Under the pieces are notes generated by a model. That model did no database searches and was not told where the DNA came from. It saw only the letters and a program-made list of their open reading frames with translations. Source: Eledone cirrhosa (Eukaryota). From it: DNA of 64,000 nucleotides. The translations under genes were made by a program, and so were the position numbers. This document shows, in pieces, positions 47,292 to 62,726 of this stretch (positions are counted from its first letter, which is position 1; every line of letters begins with the position of its first letter). The DNA lies in contig OZ024749.1 in assembly GCA_964016885.1 (NCBI GenBank), positions 49,414,001-49,478,000 on the forward strand. The letters run 5' to 3'.

Positions 47292-49023
47292 AAATCGAAG
47301 GACCACAATAACCAAATGTGTGATTGGTGGTATTCTCTGATATATAGAGTAGGTTGTGTGACCATGGGGAAGCTCTTAGTTATGGTAATAATATTAAGGG
47401 GATGTGAAATGCATATGTCACCAAATGTTAATAAATAGTTCAAACAAAGAAAATCGAGATTACAGAAAATATAATATAATTCCTCTCCTCTACCACACGT
47501 CATGTTTGCACTTAATAAATTTAACTGATATATGTATATGAAGTGTTTTAAAGTCCGAAACGAACGGAAGTTGTATACTTATAAATGGTTTTAATGATCA
47601 TAATAGGTTAAACAATCATGCAGAACGATGGTTACAAATATGACAGGGAAGGCATTTGTCAATTCTGGTATAGAAAGGTGTACACTCTCCTAGATACACG
47701 TTATGTTGTTAGTGTCAGGAGGTGTCATGTCAACCAAGATTTGTTCGCATTGGCTTGAATATACATAAACATACGTTATTGATTTTTAAATATATCTTTA
47801 GAAACACTACTTTGGTGTAGGAAACATTTCTATTTCATATAATGTATGGTGGAATGCTCGTGTAAAAGTGGTGGCGAAATAAAATAGTATTGGTGCTGCA
47901 TTGAACAGAGGGATTTTGAAAACAATATAGAATATATTTAAATGTATAAAACTGAGCAAATATGATACCCAACCAAGTATTCATAGCAGCGAAATATCAC
48001 AAATCATTATCTTATAATGAATTCATTATTTGTAAAACAACTTATATTCAGGTCGAAAATGAAAGAAAGCAGACAATGGAAATAGTCCTGAGAATCTCAG
48101 GAATTCAATTATTTCCATGGGGTTATATGTATCTATTGTTAAGACAGGATGTGCTAACATCCAGTCATGTCCTGGAGATTTACTAAATAATATATATGAG
48201 TCTAATTGTTAATACCCCAACATATTATTAGCTGATGATATGTATGAAGACACTTCACAATTATATCATTCTCTATTTCCATTGAATACCAACATCATTA
48301 ATTCATTTTTCATACGTTTCAATAGATTTTTTTGAAAGATTGCCTCAAACGGTGTAATTATATCTTCTCGAATTCTGAAATGCTGTAGTGCTTTATTTTA
48401 AAGTAAACTGTAAACGACACTTAGGATTTAGAATAATAGATATGCGAGGATATACCTCTGTGTGGATCCCATTATCTAACATATATGTCATGTAATTAAA
48501 TATAGTTAGGAGGGGGATACTAACATATCACTGATTCAAGAAGAGTGATATAGTTATAGGATATGCAATCAGAGGCAATGCACACACATTTATGCAGACA
48601 CACGCACTTATCCAGGCACACACATGTGCTTTTATACGTCAGTATCGTTTCATTAATAATTACAATGTACTTTTATCATAGAAACAGACGTATTTTTTAA
48701 ATGTTGCTGTTTTGTATGAATTACATATATACACGGAGGCATTTCAGTTTACATACATTCGTGACAACATAAGAGATATATTTTGAAGTCCATACATATT
48801 GTAAATGAAATACATTCTCTATTTTAATAACCTTCAAATGCACAGTGAATCTATATTACCGATTAGTACTTAACAAGTTGGCATTATACATAAATAACAT
48901 TTCGATAATTTACGCAAGTGTTTTATTGACTGACCCTTGCAGAAAACTTAAATGTTATGATTCTAAGGTCGCAATAATGTTTTTACAAATGTTGCCGTAT
49001 GCAAAACAATATATAAATATGAC

Positions 49024-49203
49024 TTTCTGATTTAGGCACAAGGTCAATAATTTTGCGGAGGGAAAACGGATTAAATCGACCCCAGTGCATTATTGTTATT
49101 TTAATTTATCGACCACGTAAGAATGAAAGACAAAGCAACCTCAGCAGGATGTGAACTCAGATCGTAATTGGGCGTTACTATATGCCATAAAGCATGGTGT
49201 CCG
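49024..49203 (-). mobile_element. Diverged SINE copy
   Basis: AGGCACAAGG...ATCGACCACGTAAGAATGAAAG...GATGTGAACTCAGATCGTAA. Confidence 0.75.
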
Positions 49204-49601
49204 TTGATACTGTAGATACTGTTATATAAATATTACAAATATTTTTATTCCAATCAATAAACCATTAATATTCAAATGATTATTGGTATGTATTTTAGAA
49301 TTACACGTTACTTAGAAACTGAAAAGCTCTGTATCAACAGGCTTATATAATCAACAGTTTTATATAATCTCCACCTTTATATTATAGCAAACTTACTGTT
49401 TACACTAGAAATAAAGTTATATTAAGTACAGTATTAAACATTCCTAGAAAGCATTGTATATGATACTGATATATGTATGGAGAATATGAAAGGTGTAAAG
49501 ACTGAAAGTTACTTCTTACATTTTTAAGACTAGATTTTTATCGAGAGGTTTATTTGGTATTTATTAATAATCTAGCGATTAATACATATTTGTAGATGTT
49601 C

Positions 49602-49660
<59 letters not shown>

Positions 49661-49977
49661 TATACACACATACATGTATTTGTTTCTGTATGTATGCGTG
49701 TATTTGTGCATGGGTAAATGTGCGTCAGAATAAAGAAGAGAATCGTGAATTAAAAAGATTAGAAGAATAATGTTTCAACAAGGTAAAATAAGAACTCTCC
49801 ACCCATCACCATACACACATACACTTTGCACTTCTCATGAGGTTAGATATGCAGAAGTGGGTATATTTATAGACTTAACTCAGAACCTTAAAGAACAAAT
49901 TATTCCTTAATCATTGTTAAATCCAGTGCTATATGGATCAATAATCTAACTTTAAGATTTATTCAAGTTAAATGTTT

Positions 49978-50030
<53 letters not shown>

Positions 50031-50036
<6 letters not shown>

Positions 50037-50150
50037 TCTACGTTAGGCACAAGGCCAGCAATTACCCAGTGCATTACTGGTACTTTATTTCATCGACCCC
50101 GTAAGGATGAAAGGCAAAGTCAACCACGGCGGGATTTGAACTCAGAATGT
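50031..50150 (-). mobile_element. 5'-truncated SINE copy next to a (TA)n tract
   Basis: GGCACAAGGCCAGCAATTACCCAGTGCATTACTGGTAC...GGATTTGAACTCAG. Confidence 0.87.
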
Positions 50151-51885
50151 AATAAACAACATAAGGCAATTATTCCATTTAAAAGCAAAAGGTTTTGCTT
50201 TCAATCCTCAGAACGAAAAAATCCTGGTTTATTTATTGAATTTGGATCTTAAGAACCTACACATACACTTTCACACACATATATATATATATATATATAT
50301 AAGAGAATGGGGCATTAATTTCCGCCTGTTTATTTCAATGGTGCGAAAGTATATATATTACATTTCTTTGTCAGTAATATTCCTGGAAAGATGAACAGGT
50401 GTAAAATTCTAGAAGCGGCAAGAGAACAAAATAAGCAGTGTCTACACTCTTTACGTTCTATATTCCTCCTTAACACCCTAGCCAACTTTATATATTCCCC
50501 CAACTTCTTTATACATACTATGTATCATTTAAGTGCTTCGACATATTAAAAAACGCGCCACTTTTCTATAAATAAGTACAAGGAAATTCTGGTTTAAACC
50601 AGACCAAGTTAACAATCTCTCTTCTTATATATCATATGTTCTAAGACAACAAGTCACAAAAGGTACTAACTAACAGATTGTTGTTGGGTGGAAACAAAAT
50701 CCAAATTTTTCTTAGATGAAAACCTACAAATGCTTCTTAGATGATAACCAATTGTTCACCATCTGCAGCACCAGTAACAACAAAATTATTACTACGGCCA
50801 AACCCAACAGCTAGTTGGAAATGCGCAGATTTCGTGCTGTCCCCTTAAATATTTGCAGAAAAGGATGTTCAGAATTAAATACTTAAAATAAGAACATAAC
50901 GTTTCATTAAAGATATTAAATGACTAATTCATTCCACAATCAGGAGATTAATGTTTTATTTATTAAAGGAGAGAAGATCTAATTAAACCAGCATGAAATG
51001 TAATACCAATTTTAATCATCTAAGAGACATTTCACGCTGACGGGATTTTCACAAAGTGACTCTATAGAAAATTTAATATATACTAAATAATTTAAGTTAA
51101 CGCTTGCATTATTTTACCAATAAATTATTCATCGTAGTTCATTACTTAATTGTGCCGAAATGACTTAAAATAAACAGGTAATGCTATATCACAAAACGTT
51201 AGGTTTTTCTTTTGTTTATATGAAATTTAGTGTTATTCTATTATTGAAATATTATACGAGAACGAAGGAAAAGCTATGTTGCTACGCCCCCTAAACAAAT
51301 AACTCGTTTCTACATATCTAGGAAAGTTCCTCATGATAAAAGATCAATTGCGAATACAGTATTAATTATTAAAAGAATGATATGGTTATGTAGTAATACA
51401 TCATTTATGGCAATTCTACGTTATAATTTATTATATGCAAAACACCGACCCAAAGTACGGAAAGAGCTTAGTTAACATGAGAGAAACGTTCGAATTTATT
51501 CTATTCCACAGGTTTACAAACAATATTAGTTGAAAATGCACTTGAAGATTTGAGAAAAACATATTCACAAAATGTTGCTTGTTGGCTTCAAAGCAATTGA
51601 TTGCATTCATGAGGAATATCATAACAATTATCTTGCGGATTAATTATGAGTTCTAACCTCATAGGGATTCATATTTACCATACATCGTGTTAAGCCTAAG
51701 ACAATCACCCCTTCATCCATGTGCCTGGGTCGCTTTAATTAACCGTCATTCTCCCCGCTAAAGGCTTTTTAGAAATATTATAAGAATTATTATTTGCGTA
51801 GTATTTTATGATCCGATGTTACAAAAAAAGAGTACTAGAGTCTTTGATTTATTGTATATTAACTCTTCGACTGGTTTAAAGTATA

Positions 51886-52834
51886 CTAGCAGTAAAGCCC
51901 GGCGTTGCTCGGGGTCGCTCAGTAGCTGTGTTAAAGTTACAATGTTAAGTTTCTTTCTTGGCTTAAAAACTGTAGTGTCTACTGTGCAGATTTGCATGTG
52001 GTGTTTTTGATTAATATTCCCTCAACCAACAATATGCCTTATGAAGTTAAGAAAACATAACGATAACCCGAATGTTATAACAAAAGAGGATGCTGGGGAT
52101 AGAAACTGCACTGGTTATTTATTAACAAAGATCGAAAATGTAAACACTGCAACGCAGAGAAAAACATTAGCGTAACCAAATTATCAGTTATGTCTGTCTG
52201 CACGCTTATATCACCTCTCTGCACGACTGTCTGTCTGCACGCCTATATCACCTCTCTGCACGACTGTCTGTCTGCACGCCTATATCACCTCTCTGCACGA
52301 CTGTCTGTCTGCACGCCTATATCACACCTCTGCACGACTGTCTGTCTGCACGACTGTCTGTCTGCACGCCTATATCACCTCTCTGCACGACTGTCTGTCT
52401 GCACGACTGTCTGTCTGCACCCCTAACGACTTAATATTTGCTTGTTTTACGTAGTCTTTAAATAGATTTGTTTTCAAGTAAAAATATTGTTTTAAAATGC
52501 TTTTAAATGGAAATGAAGCAAAACGGAAGCTTAGTGTTCGAACTGATGAATTTTGCAGGTTAATATTTTGCTGGCTCGTAATTTTTTACGTAAGACGCTC
52601 AATGTAAACAGAACAAAGGGAAATAACTGATAACTTACGCTCAAAAATCGATACATTATATTCGATTTCGTCACATAGGGTGGGTGAATTTGAAATATTT
52701 TTTTTTCCGATGTCTTCGCTAGGGCTCAATGTACAAGTATAGCAATTTCGGTGCAATTCCGTGAGAGATTCTAAGAGGAGATGTGTGCCAAAAATCGATA
52801 GACAGACAGACAACCACAGTTTTATATATATAGA
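51886..52834 (-). mobile_element. Non-autonomous Helitron (~950 bp)
   Basis: Minus strand starts A|TCTATATATATAAAA...(CTGT)n and ends with hairpin CCCGAGCAACGCCGGG, 8 nt, then CTAG|T. These are canonical TC...CTRR ends at an AT target with no TSD. Confidence 0.8.
52191..52420. repeat. Minisatellite (37-bp unit plus 16-bp subunit) inside the Helitron
   Basis: TGTCTGTCTGCACGCCTATATCACCTCTCTGCACGAC repeats about 5 times, interleaved with TGTCTGTCTGCACGAC. Confidence 0.9.
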
Positions 52835-53990
52835 TTAACTTTTCTCTGCGCTGGTAGAAAGAAGTAATTCATTGATCTCAGTAGGATACGAACTCGGACG
52901 TAATATTTCGTAAATAAATACTGCAAGTTTCTTCTCTGATCAAAACTACTTATTTTGCATTCTATCTTTTTTCCCTATCTCAAACGTATTTCACTTTAAC
53001 TACAAACCATAACAACAACAAGAATAATTATTGTATGAAAACACGGCGAAAATTAATTAATATTTCTTATTAAATTACGGTTATCATTTCTCTATTTTAT
53101 ATTATTAAAATAGAATATTGAAATTAGATGTAAATTTTATAATAATGTTTCTGCGCAACAAGACATATTTGCGTAATTTAATTGCTCCAAATTATTCACA
53201 AAATTTCATTATCTTTTGATTGCACCACCTGCTTCAAGGTGTTTTTGTTTTGTTACTAATGGGATTCTGGAATTTGAAAGATGCACAATAAAACAGAGTC
53301 ATTAAATGCGTTTCACATTCTCGATACAATAGCTTTGACAGTCAAAGATATATAGTTACATGGCATTGTTAAAAAAGGATTAAAATTGTAATAAATGAAT
53401 TATTATTATACATTTATTTTTAAGTTTTTAATAGTTTGAATATAATATCAAATAATTTAACTGAAAATAATACATAACCATATTATATAATATTTCGTCT
53501 GATCGCAATGAATTTTGACACTGGTCCGACCGTGCATTGACATGTATGTCATTAATTAATTAAAGGGGCTATTGTTTAAATAACATCTTATTTTGTAACA
53601 ACTGTTCAACGAATGACTGCAGTCTTGTCAATATTAACTTGCTTTATACAATTAAATTATACAGAAAATTATTTTCTGCATGCAAGGACTTTGATAAAAC
53701 CATAAAATGGTTTGGGAAAGAATATGTATGGGGTAATGATAATGTTACATAGGTGAAGATATGAATAAAAAAAAGCGTAATTGGGAAGCATTAGATGAAG
53801 TATACTTCACTGACATGCTTATATATAATTCACTCATGAGAATAAATAACATGGATATATGAACTAATCAAACATTTGCAATTTACAGATAATGTAAACA
53901 AAGAAATGTATCGTTACTCTACTGTTGCGAATTGCATGCCATGATAATATCCAAGTTGTAGTGTATATGTATATATATGTATATATGTAA

Positions 53991-54004
53991 GAGAGAGAGG
54001 GAGC

Positions 54005-54066
<62 letters not shown>
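53991..54066. repeat. (GA)n microsatellite
   Basis: Directly visible. Confidence 0.95.
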
Positions 54067-54071
<5 letters not shown>

Positions 54072-54139
54072 TTATGGGCTCTCCGTTGGTTGACAAACAA
54101 AAAGTTTATGTCTGTATGTATGTAGGTATATATACATTG

Positions 54140-54675
54140 GGTCACTCTTGAGTGCTACCGGTAACATGTAACCCAATACACCCTGTCGCATGTTCGTGTC
54201 GTCGGTGACAAAGCCGGCAACCCAACCAAGTTTACTTGGTGAAGAGCGTGATTTTGGACACCCTGCAGGACAAAAAACAAAATCTGACAAAGGGCGGAAG
54301 AAATCATAAGAGTCTACGGCCATCCAAATATGTGTAAATATGTTTATACATATGTCCATATGTATGTAAAGGTGTATATACATCGGTGCATGTGTATGTA
54401 TATGCGCGGGGACATAGAAATTGTCGGGCTGGACACCTGTCGCGCAGTTAAACGACTGGGAGTGAAGGACCCCTAGCATTTGTCAGGGTATTTTTCTAGG
54501 AGAAAGCAACTCAGGAGACTGGGATAACTCCAATATAAAACCTGCGACTCAGTAGTTATCGATGATGTTGATCGTTTCTTCTTTTCGGGTTATAGCTACT
54601 GTCGCTCAGAGAGTGGGATTGGCTCAGTGCACAGTCTTTCCTCACTTGAAAAGATATCTTCACGCACAGGCATTG
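54140..54675 (+). mobile_element. Probable retroelement 5' UTR remnant (RTE-like)
   Basis: GC-richer island with GCAACTCAGGAGACTGGGATAACTCCAATATAAAACC, which recalls RTE 5'-UTR motifs. No ORF is present. Confidence 0.35.
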
Positions 54676-56544
54676 CATGATAGAATTAATAAATAATTAT
54701 TAATGATGGTATATCGTGCAATGGCCATACTCGATAACGAGGAGGTAGCCATCATGTACAGACACACCACGTATTGCTTTTGTACTCCTACATGTATATT
54801 GTTGCTTATATTGCTACCATGCTCTAACTGTTTTCCGAATAATTTAAAGGGTGGAATATTTCCTTTGTCTTTAAAATAGTAAATAGCTACCAACTTTCAA
54901 CGAAAGAACAATTGTTATGCTACATTAAAATGTCTGCTTCAGGTCTAACAATATTATTAAATGTATTAAATTCATAAATGACTCTTTCTAGTTTAATATC
55001 CTAAGGTCTGGTATCAAAAGCGAATTTGTGTTATCTTTGAATTATGTTGCTGTTCCTGCTCTACCTCGTTTCATAAAAATGGTTCTGTATCATCAAAGGT
55101 AGCAAAACTCTAATAATGTTTATTGAATGGTGTGGAGAGATTGGTGTCTATCGATCGAAAGAATCTCTGTATTATTCAATCTTTCAAGCTTATTGATTTA
55201 TTCAAATACTCTCTTTTACTGAAGTTATATAAAACGATAACCAAAGCGGGGGTTAGTCGAAGCATTTGTTAATTGCATGACTGCTTGATGAATCATGTCA
55301 AGAAAGAAAGCTCTGTAATTAATAAAAAAAAAAATGTTAAATTTTATATTATTTTGTTATCAGTTGTTTCTCTGGCTAGAGGTTAAATGGTTTTATGTGA
55401 AAACTGTTAAAAGAAAAATCAACTAAAGGATTGAATAATAAAAGGAAAAAAAGGCATGCAAGATATGTAATGACACAAATATTTTATATTCTTTCTGTTA
55501 TTTTAGCTATTAAATTAAGCCTTTTACGTTTATGAATATTAAGTATTTAAATCAAATATTAACTTTTTTTATTAGACACAAATAAACATTAGAGCACAGG
55601 CAATAAGTGATATTCCGCAATAGAATTTTTACTACGTGTATAAAATAAATAAACAAAAAATGATAAAAATCTAATCTGATTATTTATTTATTTCATATTT
55701 TCCGTTTTGTTTTAATTTAAAAAAAAAAATGTGCATCATAAAATTAAACATTACGAAGTATTTTGGCTCTGTTGATTTAGTAATGGCTTATATTGTTCAG
55801 TAGCCACTAAAATGTTTATAAACTCAGAAGTTTAATTATAGCTTTTTTATAGTAACTATGTTCTTATACAAATATTTTTTTAACGGGTGAACAAACTATT
55901 TATTACGCAACACATTTTCTAAAAGGAAAGAAATGTTTTACGTAATAAAATTCATTATATATGTTGTAGATAGCAACTTGTTTTGTTTTTAAAAAATAAA
56001 AAAACCTTTCGTAAGTGAATACAAACATTTACGTTTTGATTTAAAGTTGGTTCAGAATAAAGTTTAAATGTTGTCTCCGGTATGTACCAAGGTCGATAAT
56101 ATATAAAATAGAAACAGATTTCTTCTAAAATATCTGCATTGCGCTTAGTCACGTGCCATATGAAAGCGTTTAGATACCTTGAACAATGAAATAATTCAAT
56201 GTAAATGGTAATCGCGTACCGTTATCTCTATGAAGGTGTCTAAGTAGCAAAAAAACCGGTAGAGGATGCCTTACCGTGTTTTTCTGGTTCTTTGCTTTTA
56301 GTGATCAAAACTAGGTCATACTATGTTGCCGTTTACCTCCATTGTTCGATAAACAGTGAACTTGTTTTATGCAGGCGGCTGTTAGAAACGAAAGAGCGTC
56401 GAGTAGGATAACTTACATGTTTTACGGCTCAATATATTTTGATTTGAGATTCTACCGTATACATGTCCAGCATAAGTCGCACAGCCACCAACTGACCGGT
56501 AGGTCAATTCAGCATAAAATTCAGGATAACATTACCTCTCAGCC

Positions 56545-57250
<706 letters not shown>

Positions 57251-57907
57251 CATATATATATATATACATATATATATTACATATATATATACATATACAT
57301 ATATATATATATACATATACATATACATATACATATATATATACATATATATATACATATACATATATATGCATATACATATATATATATATATAAATAT
57401 ATATATAGCACAATTTCAGCAAACTTCATAACCATGGAACGCTAACACTTGTTCATTCTGACGAAGATATTTCGGATATAAATTAATTTCGTGTCACTGA
57501 ATTCTTCGTTTCATTGAAGTAGCCAAGTAAAGGATCGATTCTATGAAACAGTTTCATATTTAATTGAATCCCAAAAATATTTAAGAGTTTTCACACATCA
57601 GTGTGTAGCTTAGAGATCAAATACTTCAAATGCCGTTTAATGTTTCTCTATAGAGCGACATTCAAATCAGACGTAACAGACAGATATATATGTTAGATAG
57701 TTGATTATTGCAGTTAAATTGAGCAAGATATAAACATTTCAGGCAATTGGCCAATTTTCAGCTACTTTAAAACCGTAGAAATGTTGATCTTTTATAATTT
57801 AAATATTTGTTATATTTTATTTTTATATAATAAATTCAACATGTAGGATTTGTCTATAAAAGAATTGGTTCTGCTGATAGTATATATATATATCTAAAAT
57901 GTCTAAA

Positions 57908-58067
57908 CTCTGTCTCGTGTGTCCGGAAGCTCATCAGGCGGTTATTTACTCCGTGGCCTGAAGCGACTGAGAGTTCACGACTGGACCCCAGTCCATCGCA
58001 GGGCTATATCTCCACCCATTGCAGCTACTTGTTTTTTTCAGCTGAGTATATTGGAGAAACGTGAAAT
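57908..58067 (-). mobile_element. Fragment of a second SINE family
   Basis: CCAGTCCATCGCAGG...CAGCTGAGTATATTGGAGAAACGTGAAAT resembles the reverse complement of a mollusc SINE core domain, recognised from memory and not from a search. Confidence 0.5.
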
Positions 58068-59117
58068 ATATAGATAATTACATATATTAGGATTTAAATA
58101 TATCTTTGTAGAAACTTCATAACTATCTAATAGACAAATTAATTAATCGATGATATATTTGAAATGAGCTCACATATATTAGAAACATTTTGATAAACAC
58201 CATGTATTCTGAACACTTGTGCATCCTAGTTATTCATTGTTGAATGTTGTGTAGTGGAAATACAACGTATGAGACTGTCCACAATATTTTGAGAGCCACA
58301 TGATATTCAAATCAGTGACTGGATTTCGTATCTCATTAATGTAACTTTATTCAATTCTCTAGTTATTCTTGGAAAAAATCTCCTACTTTCTATGACTTAT
58401 TATACGATTAAGTTAGGTGATTTAAAAGATTCCTTTTTTCTTGCATGTTATTAATATCATTTTAGTATAGATTTGTTAAATTAATAATTTTCTTTGGTTT
58501 CTATCTCGACTCCATCTAGTGACTAGAGTCTAGTCGAACGTTTGGTTGTAGGTTTAACTAAATCAATAATTTACACCTGGGTGGAAGTTCAAATTCTAAA
58601 TACATGAAATGATATTGGAAAAGAGAATCTTAACATGAACAGAGAACCTTACTTAATCTCCAGTTTCCAATCACAAGGAATTATGGTCTAAATATACGTT
58701 ATTACTTGTAAATAGATTGTTTCTCAACTGTTACGGATACATTTAATTATTCTAGTTATTTGTAAATATATGCTTAACATTAAAAAAAAATATATCTTAG
58801 AAATAAGTTATTATATATCATCATCATACATAATCGCAGCCATGTATCTTCAAACAAGAAATACGTTAGTTTTTCTCTTATATAACACGTTAATCTATTA
58901 AAACGTAAATGTCCCAGTTCATACAATTTTGCATACATCCCATAAGTCAAATATATGATGTAATAATCCCGGATACGAATCTTTAATTACGTTCAGTTAT
59001 ATTGACGGCATGAATATACTAGGTAAAATTAGATAGTATATTCGGAGAAGATGGGAGACCATACAAATGCGGTAGAGAGAAATTGTGGTAGAAATACAAA
59101 TCATTAATTATATATTC

Positions 59118-59545
59118 CATTTTATTTATTTTCTTCTCTTAAATCAATGTGTGCTTGTGATTAAACCCCAAGAGTGGACACATGGATCAAAGAACCAACA
59201 ATATTTTATTCATGAAATAGTTATCTACTAGTAGTAGCTTTAACGTACACCAATTGCGAATCACCCTATTAAATGACACACACACACACACACATACAAA
59301 CACACACATATATATATACATATGTGTGTATGTGTGTATGTGTGTATGTGCGTGTGTGTGTGTGTGTGCGCGTGCTTGCGTGCGTGCCATTTAATAGGGT
59401 GATTCGCAATCGGTGTACGTTAAAGCTACTACTAGTAGATAACTATTTCATGAATAAAATATTGTTGGTTCTTTGATCCATGTGTCCACTCTTGGGGTTT
59501 AATCACATGCACACATTGTTTTAAGAGAATAAAATAAATAAAATG
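59118..59545. repeat. Long inverted repeat / fold-back (~160-bp arms, microsatellite centre)
   Basis: 59118-59280 is the near-perfect reverse complement of 59383-59545. The centre (CA)n...(TG)n is also self-complementary. Confidence 0.92.
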
Positions 59546-61869
59546 ATATAAACTTTATATATATATATATATATACATATATATACATATTCATTTTTAG
59601 ATATACTCTAAAGGAGACAATGCCCTTATATATGCTATTCGCATATAATTAGATCTAGCTAGGTCAAACTGCATTGTTGGAACTATAAATTCTCTAATGG
59701 GGTTACTTACAATACAAACAATTTGTGAGATCAAAGCTAGAGTTATCTTCGTTTATATATTTGATTAATTCATAAACGCAATGGTGTGATATGTAATTTT
59801 CATGATAAACTGAAAACATAGATATGATGTAGATACACACCAAATAGTGAACGGGGATACAGAAAAGACGAAAAAGCGGCGAAGTTAGTCTAAGATAAAT
59901 ATCTATATTAAGATAGATAGCGTACATTTGTGGAAACAATTGCTTCTACTCATAATAAAAATGCAACTGTTTATCACGGAAGCAATTTGTTCTGATTGTA
60001 TGATAGGAAAACATGCAAAATCTATGAATATGGGATATTATCTCTAAGCAATATATAATGTTGTGCTGTATTTTATTTTTATGCAGACAACATTTCTCTA
60101 AACAGCGATTGTGATATGATATTTCACCTACTAAACTATAGACAATATATAATTTGGAGTAACATTAAAACAGTTGTCTCCATCAATGGTTATGGTTTGT
60201 GGTTTTAAAAGAAAAAGAAGCAATGACCACTTTTTTCATTATATATAGGATAATGTAGTATATAATCTTGCAAATAACGGATAATTCAAATCCAAAATTC
60301 TTACAATAAAATACTACGTTTCTATCGATGAGCGTGTCTTTGTGCGTTTATGTTTATGGAAATATAAAAGACACATATGTATATAAACGTGTGTTCAACA
60401 GCATATGGGGTAACTTTTTGTTTCTTGTATTGCATCATGCTTGATACATAGACGTTGAATAATGTAATTTTATGTTTAAGTCAATATTATTTGTGCCCAA
60501 CGATTTCCTTTGTGTTCCCTATTTAGAGGCCGCATTTATCTACACATAACATCGTAAAATGTTTTTGTATTTCTATGAATTTCTGTGGGCGTATGTTAGA
60601 ATTCGAGAGAATGATGTATTTACGATCACATTCTTAGAGTGAGTATCTATATAGCAAAGGGTCCATACTAATGAAATAGTATGGGTCGTAGTCGTTGACC
60701 GTTTCAGCATCCGTAATTATGAGATTAATAATTTTATTCTGTTTAAATCAAAAGTGTGAGCGTGGGATATACATATATTTGGCGTCCTATTTCTGCTATG
60801 TATATATATATATATATATATATACATGATCAATTGATAGTTGTGTGTATGTAAATATATATATATATATATATGTGTGTATGTGTATGTGGGTGTGTGT
60901 GTACGTGTGTGTGTATGTGTGTGTATGTGTGTATGTGCGTGCGCGTGTGCGCGCGCGTGTGTGTGTATTTATATATTATACGTATTACTATTATAAAATA
61001 GTAATTTCAAGTATTTTTCTAAGATTGATTATTACATGTCATGAAAGGGAATCATAGATTTATAAGGATAAATATTTATAATGTCCAGTATTGATTTTTC
61101 TATAACACTAGATATATAATTTAGCTTACTTTAACTGGGATATGTTGTATAAACTATCGGATTTTATTGAATTCTTGAGAAAGGATCAATACTAATGTTC
61201 CACCAATTCACTGATCAGATGTTTGGATGTAAAATGTTTTTCGAGATTGCGTACAGCTCACAAAACTCATGATTGATTTTCGTAGTTGTTTGGTGTCTAG
61301 TCAACATAATACTTATTCATTCCTGTAGCAGTTTAAATTTAGGGTTAATTTGATATTAACTTCGTGATCAGCAAGAGATATTTCTTTAATATTTCGTCTG
61401 TCTCAATGTGTGGTCTGATATATTTATCACTATCTCGCTCTCTTGTCCTTCTCTCTGTATGTATATATCTATGAGTATAACATTATTCGTATTGGTACAT
61501 ATGTGCACATTAATCTTCTATAATACTAGAATATAATCAGGCCGTTAGATTTCAATGAAATATTTTCTATAGATTCATTCCTTATTGCTATGAAATCAAC
61601 TTTCATCTAAGCAGATTGTTATGTGTGTTAAGAAATGATGTACCAAGGAAATTTCGTTGCATCAAAGCCACGGTAATTAACAATATATATAGGATTATAT
61701 TGAATTTTATAGAGAAAACTGGATTATCAGATGAGAGTAAATGACTGAATCTAGTCCATTTAAATTATCCAAATTATATTGTAAATAACAACGCATACAT
61801 ATTACATTGTTCTTCCATAAACATTAACGTATCAAACTCATACATAACCATCTAGAAACTAATATATCC

Positions 61870-61956
61870 ATCCTTTGAATTCACATATTGTCCTTTTGAA
61901 TTCACCGTTCTGTCCTTTGAATTCACCGTTCTGTCCTTTGGATTCACATATTGTCA
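61870..61956. repeat. Short tandem repeat, ~4 x 21 bp
   Basis: TCCTTTGAATTCAC(ATATTG/CGTTCTG) repeated. Confidence 0.85.
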
Positions 61957-62726
61957 TTTCATCTGTTCTGGTTTGCTAGATGTCTTGGAGAGATGCAATA
62001 TATATAAACCTGCCCTTCAAGAGCATCAATGTAACTTTAAGAGCATAACTTGTATTGTTTTACGCTGGTTCCTCATTAGACTTATGACAATGACACAGGC
62101 GTAATTTGGATTACTCGATCGCTTCACCGTTGATTACTTGTAGAATAATTCTCTTAAGCGACCAACGCTATGATATGCGTCAAAATCAGTGGGTAATCGA
62201 GAAAAACACACAAACAGTATAAACAACAGAGAATAATCTCAAAATTTGGACTTGAATACAACATTTAAACATAAATTCCACAAGGATCATAGCCATTTTC
62301 CTCACTGGAAGCAACGACATCTCTGTTGCAATTTGAACTGAGAAATTGAGAGCTTACTAAATACAGTAAGTCTCCTAGTACGATAAAATAGGAATTCTGT
62401 CAGACTATCATTGTAGTGTAATTTTGCTCTCTGACAACGTTTTTCTTTCAAATCTAGTTTGATGTTACATATTATTGAAGTAATGATCACATTTTCTATA
62501 AGCAATTGATTTTCCCCCTTTCATAACTCTGAACTATTCATAGTGTATTGGCTTTTAGAAATGTACCTCTATCACACTGTATCAATTGACGAGGAAAATC
62601 TGAAACAATATATATTGCAGAATTTTGAATTGTCATTTAACCACAGAATATAGTGATCATATATATATATATATAAATAGGAGGAAGTTATAGTTCACTG
62701 GAAGCATTGTGTAAGGAGGTTTGTGT

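Noticed and set aside
54140-54260. Possible HDV-like ribozyme at the start of the RTE-like 5' region
   Set aside because: A P1-like pairing (GTCACT/GGTGAC) and a hairpin exist, but P1.1, P3 and the catalytic J4/2 could not be assigned.
57455-57500. CTGACGA hammerhead-like start
   Set aside because: No GAAA at the expected position and no stem I or III. Similar rejections apply to CTGATGA at about 284, 48232 and 52544.
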